In this document: positions 1 to 10,400 of the stretch, in pieces
How positions within the stretch are numbered: position 1 is the stretch's first letter
Layout of the letters: each line of letters opens with the position of its first letter
NCBI GenBank assembly: GCA_036172245.1
Contig: JAYWIR010000005.1
Location: 6,138,001-6,202,000, forward strand
Length of the DNA: 64,000 nt
Direction of reading: 5' to 3'
Origin: Raillietiella orientalis
Taxonomy: Eukaryota
Program-made: the position numbers and the translations under genes
The notes under the pieces: model-generated
What the model was told of the DNA's origin: nothing
Databases searched by the model: none
The model's input: the letters and a program-made list of their open reading frames with translations, nothing else

Positions 1-130
1 GCGGCGCTGAACTTCAGGTGACATCCCCCGACGCCTCCTCCGGGGGAAGGAAACTTGCAGGAAGTCGTCCCTCCTCCTCCTGGCCTGGAGCGCAGATGAG
101 GGGCCTCGGTCTCGCTGCCGCTGCGGCTCT
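1..130 (-). CDS. rols: rols/TANC exon, truncated by the window edge
   Basis: Follows an 80-bp intron; acceptor ttccttccgttgcgtgcccAG; phase 1 and open to the edge. Translates ESRSGSETEAPHLRSRPGGGGTTSCKFPSPGGGVGGCHLKFSA; LKFSA resembles the recalled LRFAP segment that precedes the TANC NTPase region. Confidence 0.6.
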
Positions 131-3100
131 CTGGGCACGCAACGGAAGGAATCTTCCGCGCTCTTCACCTCCCCCCAACAACACACCCCGTCCCGCGCGC
201 GCGCCCTCACCGATGGCGGACCTCCTGAACAACGCGTTGTCGATGTACGATGCGCTGCTGGACAGGGACGCCAGGGAGACCGTGCTGCCGGAAGATCTGC
301 TCCTCGGGTGGCTGGCGGGCTGGTTCGTGGAGCCGCAGGATCCTTCGAAAGAGGGCCAGAAGGGAAGCAAAGGAAAGAGAAGGGGAGGAGGGATAAGCTT
401 CAGACGAACGGGAAGGGGGAGCAGCTCACCCGTGAGGCTGGATACGCAGCTGGCCATGGGGGGAGTCCCCACAGCTTTCTGCATGCTGGTGTGGAGCGCC
501 TGCTCCGAGGCTTGGAATTCTGGAAGAGAGGGTGAAATAGGCAGGAGGAGAGCACGGGAAGCCTTCCCGCTTTCCCCACCCTCCTTGGAGGAGTCCCTGA
601 AAAGCCTCGAGGGCACGCCGACCCGTTGCAGGTCCCTCCGTCGAGGTAGCGCCCTCCGGGGAAACGCAGGAAGAAAAGGAAGAGACGAAGGGCAGGTGGT
701 CCAATTCATCCTGCCATCAGTCGCTGGACAGCGTTCGCGTCCTGCGAACGCTGTCCAGTGATTGGACGGGAGGCAAGAACCTGCGCCTAGAAGATGACCC
801 TGAGGGAGCACCTCTGCGACCGTCCCCCGGGACGTCCAAACGCCGGACCGCAGGACAGCGGTGCCGCTGACTCGTGCCGTACCTGCGGCGTAGCAGCGAC
901 GGGTCAGGTCGCCCCCCTTTCTCCACCCGGCCATCTTCTCCGGACCACGGAGGGAGGAGGCCCTCTCCCTGCTCCTGAAGGGGAAGTCGCCGCCCGCACC
1001 GCGCAACAGTGGAGCCAGAACACGTAGAATGACCGCGGCACGCTTTGTTGCCTTTTGTCCGCAGGGATACCCGCGCCTCTGCCCTTCCAGAGTCCTCCTT
1101 CTCGGACTAGCTGGACATCAGACAGTATCCGCTTTCCATTCAAGAACTGGTGCCCTGCTCCGCACAGGAAGGATCCAGAAAATTGCCTGCAGAAAGCGGA
1201 GTCCTGGGTGGAAAAAAGGCGGTCCCATCCTCCCGTCCCGACGGCCCTGGGGAAAGGGGCGTGGTGCTGCCGTCCCCTCACCTTCGTCCGGTGGCGCCCG
1301 GAGGCGTCCTCTCACCGCTAACTCGGCGTCGCGATTGTTTCCTGAAGGGGGTAGGGGGAACGCGTTTAGACGGCAAAGGGTGGGGAGGGGCATCCGGGAA
1401 AGGACCCGAAAAGAGGACTATAGATCGAAGGGAATGGTGGCAGCGGGACGAGTCCCGAGGCGATGCTGGAGCGGGAGGGAGATCTTCCCGCCCGAAATCC
1501 CACCGGGATCCAGTCCCCTCATCCACCCCTTCTGCCCCTTTCTTTCTCTCATCTCTTCCCCCTTCTGATCATCCGCCCGTCTCACCTGCGTGACCGGGAT
1601 CGCCGTGACTGACCTCTACGATGGACGACATGCGGGCGCCTCTCTGCTTCTGGACTACGGTCGCGAGCTCTGGAAAGGAAGAGAGGAGGGGCGAGGTGGA
1701 CGCTAGCCCGCGGGCACGCAGGGGAGGGAGACCACCTGCGGCGGCGGAGGATTGCTCCCCCCCGCCTCCCGGCAGCGCGCCGCTCGCCTGGACTCCCTCA
1801 CGGAGGAGGATCCTGGCGAGGAGGGCGTCACCCTCCCCCTCCTCCCGGTCGGGATCGGGTGTGCGGAAGGCCGGACCCCCGAAGAAGGAGGGTGCGCAAA
1901 AGAAAAGTGCGAAGGAAGGGGCGCCACTCACCGCAGGTGGAGCTGCTGCACGGCTTCTTCCAGGAGGTCGACGAAGCGCCCCGGAACTACGAAGAACGAG
2001 GGGTGAACCTCAGCCGGGGGTGGGGAAGGGAGTGGCGGCTGACCTGCATTAACTTGGCGAAGTATCCGTTGGTCTTGAGCTGCGGCCGCAGTTCCTGGAT
2101 CTTTCCCGCCGCCTTCTGCCGAAAATGGGAGACGAAGGACTTCTTGGAGGGCAGGGGTGCTGCAAGGAAGCCAGAAAAAGGAAGGAAGGAAGACGAGAGG
2201 GAGGGGGAGGGGGGAAACAGAAGGGGGCGCCAAAGAGAAAAGGCAGCGGTGGCGGCTCTCTCGGGCAGCAGCAGCAACGCCGGAAGTCTCGGAACCTCCT
2301 CGGACGCGACTTGCGAGGGGTCATTGGGAGGGGTGGCGCCGAGGGCCGCAGCGCCCGTCCGGTATCCGTCTCGCTGAGGGCAGCGTCTGCGGGCAACGCT
2401 GGTCTCGCCGCCGCAACGCAACCGCGGACTTTCCTGCAGGAGGAGCCGACCCCGTGGGCGGCTCGCTTCCCCCCCTCTCCGCGCAGGCACTTGTCCAACC
2501 CCGCTCCGGGAGGGGGCCTCGAGGGAACCTTTCCTCCGCGTTTCTCTCTTCCACTCCCGAGCTCGTCCGTCCAGCGCGCCGCCCACAGAAGGCACCTGCT
2601 GCGCTCCGTCCCTCTGGGCACGGATGCGGCGGTGCCCTTGCTCGCGGGAGGACCGCGCCCGGACGGGCTCCTGCTTGCCGCGCTCGTTTCCGTGGCAGCC
2701 GGCGGTCATCTCCCCGCGCCTTAGGGGATGCGCGCCGACCGGAAAGCGCTCCTCCGCCCGAGCGCCGCACGGCCGCAGGCGTGCCAAGGCGCGGCCGCCG
2801 GGCCACCGCCGGCCGCGCGATGTGCTGTCGCCGCCGTCAGTGCAGGCGCGGTCAACAATGATCGAAAAGCATTGTTGGGGCATGAGTGCGCGTGCCTTGC
2901 TGCGCAGCACGACGGCGGGCTGTCTCCCTCGGGGCACGTGACCTCTTCCCCTCAGCGCCTCCATCCAACCTCGGCTAGTGGGGAAAGGGGGGAGGGGGGG
3001 GGAAGAGGAGGAGGAATAAGAAAATAATAATAATAAAAAAGAGCGCCAAGGGCAGCTTGTATCGTTCCGCGGTGCCCTGGTGGGGGAAAAAAAACCTCCT

Positions 3101-4498
3101 TTCCCTCCCTCAGAAGATTCTTCCTGTCGGATCTCGTTTCTCCTGACGCGCAGGAAGGACGCACCCGCTCCGGCAACGCCACGTATCGGCCGCCGGTTCC
3201 TGGAGCAGGGAGAGGGCGGTGGAGCCGCGCGCCCGGGCCATCGCGTGCGACAGCACTTTCGGATCGCTCTCGCTGCCGCTCGGAGACTCGCGAACGCGCG
3301 CCGCCGTTCAATCCAGCGGTGCACACGGCTCCTCGTGCACGTGTGGCGCGAGCGCCACGCTCCCCCACCCTGAGCGGATATCTCACGGATGGCGCTGCAT
3401 CCCCCACAGAGACCGAGCCGCAACAATGCAAAGCCAAGAGACGCTTCCGGACTTTGCCCGCTCCTAGACCGCAAGGGAGGCGGCGTCCTGGCGTGTCCCG
3501 CAAGGGGTCTCCTGGGGACCCCAGAGCCTGAAAGGCGGCGAGGCGGCGGCTGTCCACTGGGTGGGGCGAAGGGGGAAGAGCGCTAGGTCCGCGGAGGGGG
3601 AGGGGGGGAAGGACTTGAAGGGGATCGGGAAAGCGGAACAGCCGATCTACGGGCGGGGTGTGTGCCGCTGCCGCCACCGTCCTCTCCGACAAAGACGCGC
3701 GCACGTTTCTCTGCGGGATGCGACGAGGCAAGGACCCTCCTCCCCCCCCCCCCTTTCGGCTGGACGTGACTCGCCACGGCATTGCGCAAAAGCGCTGCCT
3801 TCGGGGACGCAGCCTTCGCCGGCACCTCCACGAGCGAAGACGCCGGCGCGACCAGTGGCCGCGGCGGCGTTGCTGCTCCCGGAAGAGCGCGAGAGCGGCC
3901 GGGAAGTGCGGAAGAAACTTTCTGCAGGGACAAAGGCTGAAATGGCCCTCCCTCGGGCAACAGAGAGGGCAACGACGGGCAGCTACAAGCGGTGCTCTCG
4001 CGATATGCGTGCGGTGCAAAAGCCCATAGTCACGTGCGGCCGCCAGGCGGCCAAGCTGAGCTTCGGTCGTGGGAAGACATGAAGAGAGGCTTTAGGATAA
4101 ACACGCGACTCCCAGAGCGGAGCTGTTTGGTGCGTCACGATCACACAAAAAGAAAAAAGTGTGTGTGTGTGTGTGTATACATATATGTTTGAAAGAGAGA
4201 GAGAGAGAGAGGCGGGAGGGCGAACCCACGTCGTCTAAACGCGAAGCCGCGCTCCTGCGCGAGCCGGCCAACTTACTTTGACCGTGACAACCAGGACACG
4301 CTTCCTTGCGGAACATGCAGCTCTGGCACATCTCGTGTCCGCAGACGTCCACCAGCTTGCGTTTCTTGCCCATGTCGTACAGGTGGTTGCAGGAAGGACA
4401 ACTGTCGAAGGAGCTCAGCTGAAACTGGGGGCAGTGGCTTCGCAGTTCATGGTGGATTGATGGGTGGCAGGAAAAGAGCGCTTGGAAAGAACTGGATC
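1..4498 (-). CDS. rols: Rolling pebbles / TANC-family scaffold protein gene, partial multi-exon model (N-terminal RING region). The start exon is upstream and not located; the NTPase/ankyrin/TPR part is expected beyond the left edge.
   Basis: Exons 4498-4277, 2159-2044, 1986-1932, 1669-1586, 1341-1282, 519-430, 342-211 and 130-1 all have GT-AG borders and join in one open frame with matching phases. The peptide contains CPSC..D.GKKRKLVDVCGHEMCQSCMFR..CPGC and RPQLKTNGYF, which I recall from arthropod Rols7/TANC2 N-termini. Confidence 0.85.
211..342 (-). CDS. rols: rols/TANC internal exon (Ser-rich)
   Basis: Follows an 87-bp intron with a long pyrimidine tract ending in an AAG acceptor; donor G|GTGAGG; 132 bp, phase 1-1, with C/G-ending codon bias. 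Translates GSCGSTNQPASHPRSRSSGSTVSLASLSSSASYIDNALFRRSAI. Confidence 0.75.
430..519 (-). CDS. rols: rols/TANC internal exon
   Basis: Acceptor ccctctcttccAG, donor G|GTGAGC; 90 bp, phase 1-1. Translates EFQASEQALHTSMQKAVGTPPMASCVSSLT. Confidence 0.7.
724..758. repeat. Perfect 15-bp hairpin inside a rols intron
   Basis: CTGGACAGCGTTCGC-gtcct-GCGAACGCTGTCCAG. Confidence 0.9.
1282..1341 (-). CDS. rols: rols/TANC internal micro-exon
   Basis: Acceptor with C-rich tract ending cccttcAG, donor AAG|GTGAGG; 60 bp, phase 1-1. Translates GNNRDAELAVRGRLRAPPDE. Confidence 0.55.
1586..1669 (-). CDS. rols: rols/TANC internal exon
   Basis: Acceptor ctctcttcctttccAG, donor CAG|GTGAGA; 84 bp, phase 1-1. Translates ELATVVQKQRGARMSSIVEVSHGDPGHA. 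Confidence 0.65.
1932..1986 (-). CDS. rols: rols/TANC internal micro-exon
   Basis: Follows a 57-bp intron; acceptor ttcttcgtAG, donor G|GTGAGT; 55 bp, phase 0-1. Translates FRGASSTSWKKPCSSSTC. Confidence 0.7.
2044..2159 (-). CDS. rols: rols/TANC internal exon
   Basis: Long polypyrimidine tract ending ttgcAG, donor CAG|GTCAGC; 116 bp, phase 1-0. Translates TPLPSKKSFVSHFRQKAAGKIQELRPQLKTNGYFAKLMQ. Confidence 0.8.
4159..4211. repeat. Compound microsatellite (GT)n-(TA)n-(GA)n in a rols intron
   Basis: Directly visible dinucleotide runs. Confidence 0.9.
4277..4498 (-). CDS. rols: rols/TANC exon encoding a C3HC4 RING finger
   Basis: Acceptor ctgtctttgcAG (4500-4499), donor GTAAGT (4276); 222 bp, phase 1-1. 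Translates ...SFDSCPSCNHLYDMGKKRKLVDVCGHEMCQSCMFRKEACPGCHGQ. Confidence 0.9.
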
Positions 4499-7400
4499 CT
4501 GCAAAGACAGATGCGTCATGCGCGGCTCCCGCATTCTTGGAGACGTGCGCGCCCGCGCGCGCCAGATGTTTGGCGAGCGGACCCGTGCTCGCCCAGCAGG
4601 CGCGAAAAGGGCGCGCAGGCTATGCGTCCACGTTCGCGGGGCCGCGCGCGCCCAGCGTGTCGCGTTCGTGAAAGGGCGCGCACACCGCCGGCGCGACCAA
4701 GACGCGCTAACCCAAACCTGGAGTCACGAAGGGCAGCCCAGAAAGGAAACTCGACTAGGATCACTGGGACGGTCGTCGCCGCTGCGGAGAGCAGGGACGG
4801 CGCGGTAGAGGGACGTCAGATTCCAGGGTCCCAGCCCCGTTCCGGGCGCGCCGAAAACGAGCAGTGTTCAGTGTTCGAGGTCGGAAAATGGGGCAAGGGG
4901 GAGCGAAAACTTTCGCTCGGGACGGCCTGAGGGGCGATAGCGTGCTCCGCGGTGGAGCGCCGGATCAAGCCCGTTGGCGCGGCCAAATTGCCGAAACTGG
5001 CACCTTGCATTTCGCATCGTGCCGGTGTCCGAAAAATCGATGTTTATGCAATGGCGACGGGAAGCGTGCGGTTGCCTCGATACGGCAACATCAGAACAGA
5101 GCCAAGGCACGGTTTTGCAAATGCCAACGGACCAACGCCACCTCCGTGCCTGCCCAGAAGGGCCCAGTACCGCAGCTGACCTGGGATGCCCATTTTCAGT
5201 TCCTTCGAGCCCACTTCTCCGTGCAAAAAAGGTGCATTCTTTTCCTCCAAGATCGGCAAAGTCCAATGTGCCATCTACTGCACCGACCGTGCTCCTTGCC
5301 TTCCCGGACGAATCTCAGGGTGGCGTGTCCCTGCTGCGGGGCAGCAGTTGAAGCACCACGGGAAAACACGTATCCATGAACCAACGCGTGGATGTTTAGA
5401 CTTCACGGGAAGAAGCGCACACGGTGCGCGTCTGGGCGGGCACGGCTTGTCGCACTGCAAAGTCAAACGAATGATTCCCACGCGTCCTAACAAGTGTGCT
5501 GACACAAGGTCAGAAGCACCTGCAACGGCTCTGCCTTTTCCCAAGTTCCCCGAAAGCACTCACGGCATCCTCCTCCCTAGCAATCGGTGGGCTGTCAGGA
5601 AAAAGATGAGCGGAGAGGTCACAGGAAGCGGTCGTCATGATCGTTTTCTCCGTCTTCCCAGAATTCCAAGCAGGGAAGTTTCCCGCTCGGAATTTTGGAG
5701 TGGACGTGACGCAACCGGGACAGACGCTTGGGAAACTGGAGGCAGCGCATGAAAAGACCTTTCCTTGGAATCCCGAAAATCTCCTGCCCAGCCTCGCAGA
5801 CATCCGTATTAATCAGCGACCCATTCTTAATGTGCCGGCATGCAGTCGTGAATTACTGTGTCGTGAGGGATCACCAGAATTTCGATCGGTTCTTCTGTGC
5901 CCTTGCATCTTCGCAGTACGGCATTCTTATGCTAACACGGATGAACGGCTCCGCAGATTGCTCCACTTCGGTTACGAAATCTTTAGCCGGAGCCAATAAG
6001 GCGAACAGGGCGCTGGAAGTGCACGAGTCGGCTGGGATTTCTGAGTCGTTCCCGGGAAAGAATTCTCGGGGAATTTATGCATGATCTGAACAGGCGCGGA
6101 TAATGCAAAGTCACGAGAAGAGCGCCCATAGACGCGTCTCTGAAGGCACAGCATTTGAGGCTTTCGCGCTTGCCGGGTAACAAGAACCGACAACTGCAGG
6201 GACGGACGAGATAGTGCTGGTGGCAGTCCCAGGGGTGGTATCTAGGCAGTACGAATCTTCCTCTTCCTCTATGCACGCACGCAAATACCACAACAGATTG
6301 AAAGTGACTTGAAATGGTGCATTTCCAACCTTTCTTTCTTTCTTTCGTGTAACGAGCACGTCTATGCCTCAATAGAAGAACTTCAAGGATGGCTTCCCGG
6401 TTCCTCTCCGCAGATCAGTCGTTTCGCCGCTCCGCCGGCACAAACCCCCAATTCTTTCCGACCACGGAGAGACTTCTATTCAGGAGACTCACTTTTTGCC
6501 GCAGTTCCACACGACACGCTTCGTAGTCACCGTCGCTAGCGCGGGAGGAGGAGCTCTTCCTCCTGTTCGCAGGACACGGGTACGTTGGTGACTCCCGAGA
6601 CAGAAACCTGGCGCCGGCCTCTCTCGCTCGCTGCTGCTTGACGCGGCATGACCGGATGATAAAACTCACTGCTTGCAGGAAAAAGTTCGGAAAAGACATG
6701 TGTGTATATGTAAGGCTCAGTCCCAAAGAGTGGAGCGGGATCGATTCCGTCCTGTGTACTCCGTCTGCGATCCGTTCCACAGAGACGATCTAATCTGCCT
6801 GAGAACGGCGAACAGTTGCCTGCTCTGTCCGCTGCGCCGATACATCCGGGGGGAGAGGAATGCGGTGCCGACCGGACCGAGCGCGCGCAGCCCAAAAGAG
6901 CTCGGATGCTTTCGCAACAGCAGCAGCGGGAGCCAGCGAAAGGATGTGCTTGGGAAGACTCCACCGCCTGGCTGTTCTCTCGTGAGATGCTGCTCCGAGG
7001 TTTCGTGGCCGAAGCACGCCTCCCACGTCTGCCATGCTTGCTTTACGATCACGCGCCTAGGGTGCGAGCGTGGAGGCAGACAGAAGAGCTCGCCTTTGTG
7101 GAAGGGGGAACTGCTAAGACGACTTACGGATACTGCTGATCCGAGACGGACGAAAGCAAATATACGACAACCTTGACAAGAGGGGCATCAGGTGATGCGG
7201 TGTATAAGAGTACACCGAACGAATACCTCCAAATTTAATGGTTCCGAGTGCCATTTATGAGCTCTGAGAGGAAGCATTCCGTTCAGAAGGAACGAAGCAA
7301 AAAAAGAAAAAAAGAGAATTTGAAACTGGCAACACTGTAAAGAGGAAGCGTGATTAGGGGAAACGATGCAAATAATCTGCATGGCGCAAGCGACGAACGG

Positions 7401-10400
7401 GGGCAAGTGCCCAAGAGGAAGCTTTCCCTCGTGTCGATGGGGGAGGGACAGGGGGGGAGGGCGTGCCCACAAACGAAGCGCTCCTGCATCTCACCCGTTC
7501 GTATTCAGGCGTACATCCGGAGGAACGTGCCTGCCATTCAAGAAGCGCGTGTGCAGCTCCAAAACCGGACGGCGGGCCGCTGGTCGGAGCTCAGGCTGTC
7601 GGTTTCCATGAATGCAGCAAGCAGGCGTCGTAAAAGTCATCTTCTTCCCCAAGGTCACGTTTTAATGGGATATTGTTAATCAGCACATAAAGCGATGACA
7701 CCAGTCCGCACAATGATACACGGAGATGCAAACGCTCAAAAGTAACTCGCCCTGCCGGCGAAAGTTATCCTTCGAAAGGGGGGAGTGGAAGAGGCTTTTC
7801 TGGCCGCACGTTTTCGTCGTTGAGACGCGTTGAAAATGGTCTGTTTCTCCGAAGCGAATGCAAGGAAAAGGAAACAAAAAACAAAGACGGAAAAGGCTGA
7901 TTCTTCTCGAAGCAGTGTCTTGCTGGCTGCCGAAGTGAAAGCGCGCTTCACGTGGAGACTGTACGAATTTGCAGCACTCCCCTTTTCCTCTTTTTTTTTT
8001 TTAAGGGGAAAGAAAAAAAAAAAAAAAAAAAAAGAAGCATTGCAACAACAGCAAGCAGCATTTCGAGAACCAGTTACGGACGTGAGGATTCTTCTAGAGA
8101 AGCGCTTTCCTTTCTCTTCCGTTGCCCACGAACATCGACCACAACCAGCTGCCCCCCCCCCCCTCCCTTTCAGCTCGACAGCCGAATCCCAAACGAAATC
8201 TTTCCCGCAACGGGCGCACGCTGCAATCCTTCACGGCGACCACGAGCCGCAGCAGATTAAAACGAAAAAACAAAATAAGCAAGAAAACAATCCACAGGGT
8301 GATCTGACAAAAAGTCGAAAATGAGGTCATGAGGAAAGCTAAAGGTGAATGATGACTCGATACCTCTTCCCGCAAGCAGCGAAAGAAGCGACCGACACTG
8401 CACTCGAAAATAAAACTGCCGCCAATGGGTGTTCAGCAATCACCTCGGTGGTTTGTGAAATAGAGAGAGATGAGAACAACACGAGCACACTGCCAGCCGG
8501 CTGGATGTCCCTCCCGGCTACGAAGACTTGGCTGGTCCAGACTGGCGGAAACACTGAAGTCGTGGAACGCTGACGTGCCTCCAGGAGCGACACAACAAAA
8601 CATCAGGGCGAGACTACTTCGTTCTTTTTTTTTTTTTTTTTTTTTCCCCTCGAAAGAACACGTGTCGTTTCGCTGCTGTTTGCACAGACATCAAGAGGAT
8701 ACCAGAAAAGGAAACGAATGGCACGCGTTTCACGCTTGGAACACAAGAAATTTCCTCGACAGGAAATTTCTCACATCGGAACACATGAAAACGAGAAAAT
8801 TACCCTTTCGATCTACGGTGCGCATTTCAGGACGAGGTGGCCGCAGCCGAAAAACACGAAAGTCTGGGAGTTGCACTTCACCATGCTCCAAGAGTCAGCA
8901 CTGTCCACAGGCTACGCGGAAAACGCACGCATACTAAGCGAGCAGAGAAAACCGTTGTCTACATTAAGGAAAATGACGTAGACTTGTGACGTAACCTAAG
9001 GCCAAAAAGCAAATCAATGAAGTCCGTCACCCAGTCAATGCTCTAAGATGGAAAGGTCGGTCCTACGTCACCGGAGCATGCTTTTTTCCACGTCGGTGTT
9101 CTGAGGATCTGCGGTTTTCGCTCGAATCCAGAGATGGCGAATCCACAGCAAGATGCTGCGGATCCTTAAGGTAACCGTGATACGCAGTGCAGTCGCTCGC
9201 TCCGGCAGACAGCCTCCGTGGGCAATTCCTGTGCATCGTGCGGAACTCCAGGTGGGATGCAGCAGCACGGGAAGCCAAGCTCGCGTGTCCACTTGGTTGG
9301 CACGCTGCTCACGGCTTCCCGTGGCGTCCGGACCGGATTCGAACCGAGCGCGCGAAATGGCGGCCGCTGCGCGGTTCTTCCGCCCTGGGAACCCCGCGCC
9401 CTGCACACATAGCGCCTTCACGTGGCAAACGCTCCCTCTACCTGGGAGCAGAGGCGCAAGGAACAGTTTTACGAGTGGGCCCGAACCTTGCCAAATCCAC
9501 CCTCACGAAAGCTGCGTGACGTGCATTGCGGAGTTTCGGGGTACTGCCCTGTTGCAAGAAAACTGACGACAAACGAGTGATCTTGGTTGGCATTTTCGGC
9601 GGAACACCTGACTCGTCGCTCCGGCCAGACGAGGAATCTTTGGGAAATACGATAAGACCGAAGATGACGTCGGTGGACGGACGGATCGAGTTGGTTCTTC
9701 ATTTCCTTCTCACAGGTGGATGGAAAGATTGGAAGAAAATTCTCCATAAGGGAAAACGAAACCAAACCAAGTAGAAAACGGAAGAAACTCCCCTCTGCCG
9801 TTTTTTTTTTTTTGGCGTGCTCTCGGCAAATCTGCTCGCGCGCACTTATCAAGAAAGAGAAAGTGGCTCACGCATGCGTGCCCGCGCTTCCCCATCAGAT
9901 GAACCAGGTCCGCACCGGGGTCTTCAAACTGCGGATCAGAGAACGAGAGCTGGTGTGCGGAAACGCGTACTGGTTCGTGTGCACAGTGCGTTCACGTAGT
10001 CCGCACGCGTGTTAGTAATACGCACGCGCAGATGAGAACACCGAGCCTAGCTCGCAGCGAACGACGTGCGCATGGGAGTTTTCCTTCCCCGTGCATCGCC
10101 TTGGAAAGCATTCAAGCCAGCAAACCACGTGAACCACTTTCCGGAGGTGGAGAACTCCAGAAGGGAGCCCTCTGAAATAGCGCCGGGATCCGCTGAAACG
10201 ACGTGCGAGACGTGCTGAAGACCTTATTGCGTTCTTCCCTTCTTAGAGGGGGCGGCATCGGTGACTCAAGACCCAAGGGGCTAGATCGAAACAGGACTTC
10301 CAAGAACCGTAGGCGGGCTCACCTGCTCCCGCGACGGAACCCCGGCATGTTTCCAATGGGAACGCTTTTCGCGGAGAGAGAGAAAGAAAAAAAATGGTCC

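Noticed and set aside
14..1006. 330-aa minus ORF and overlapping 247-aa plus ORF (18-761) as single-exon genes
   Set aside because: The minus ORF reads through short introns of the rols gene (polypyrimidine tracts translate as PLLFPLLPF); the plus ORF is its antisense shadow.
1987..3474. 495-aa minus-strand ORF
   Set aside because: Arg/Gly/Pro-rich product typical of stop-poor GC-rich DNA. Only 2044-2159 has splice signals and a recognisable motif; the rest is rols intron.
9913..9934. CCGGGGTCTTCAAACTGCGG, similar to a hAT/Charlie terminal inverted repeat
   Set aside because: No partner end or TSD found in the window.
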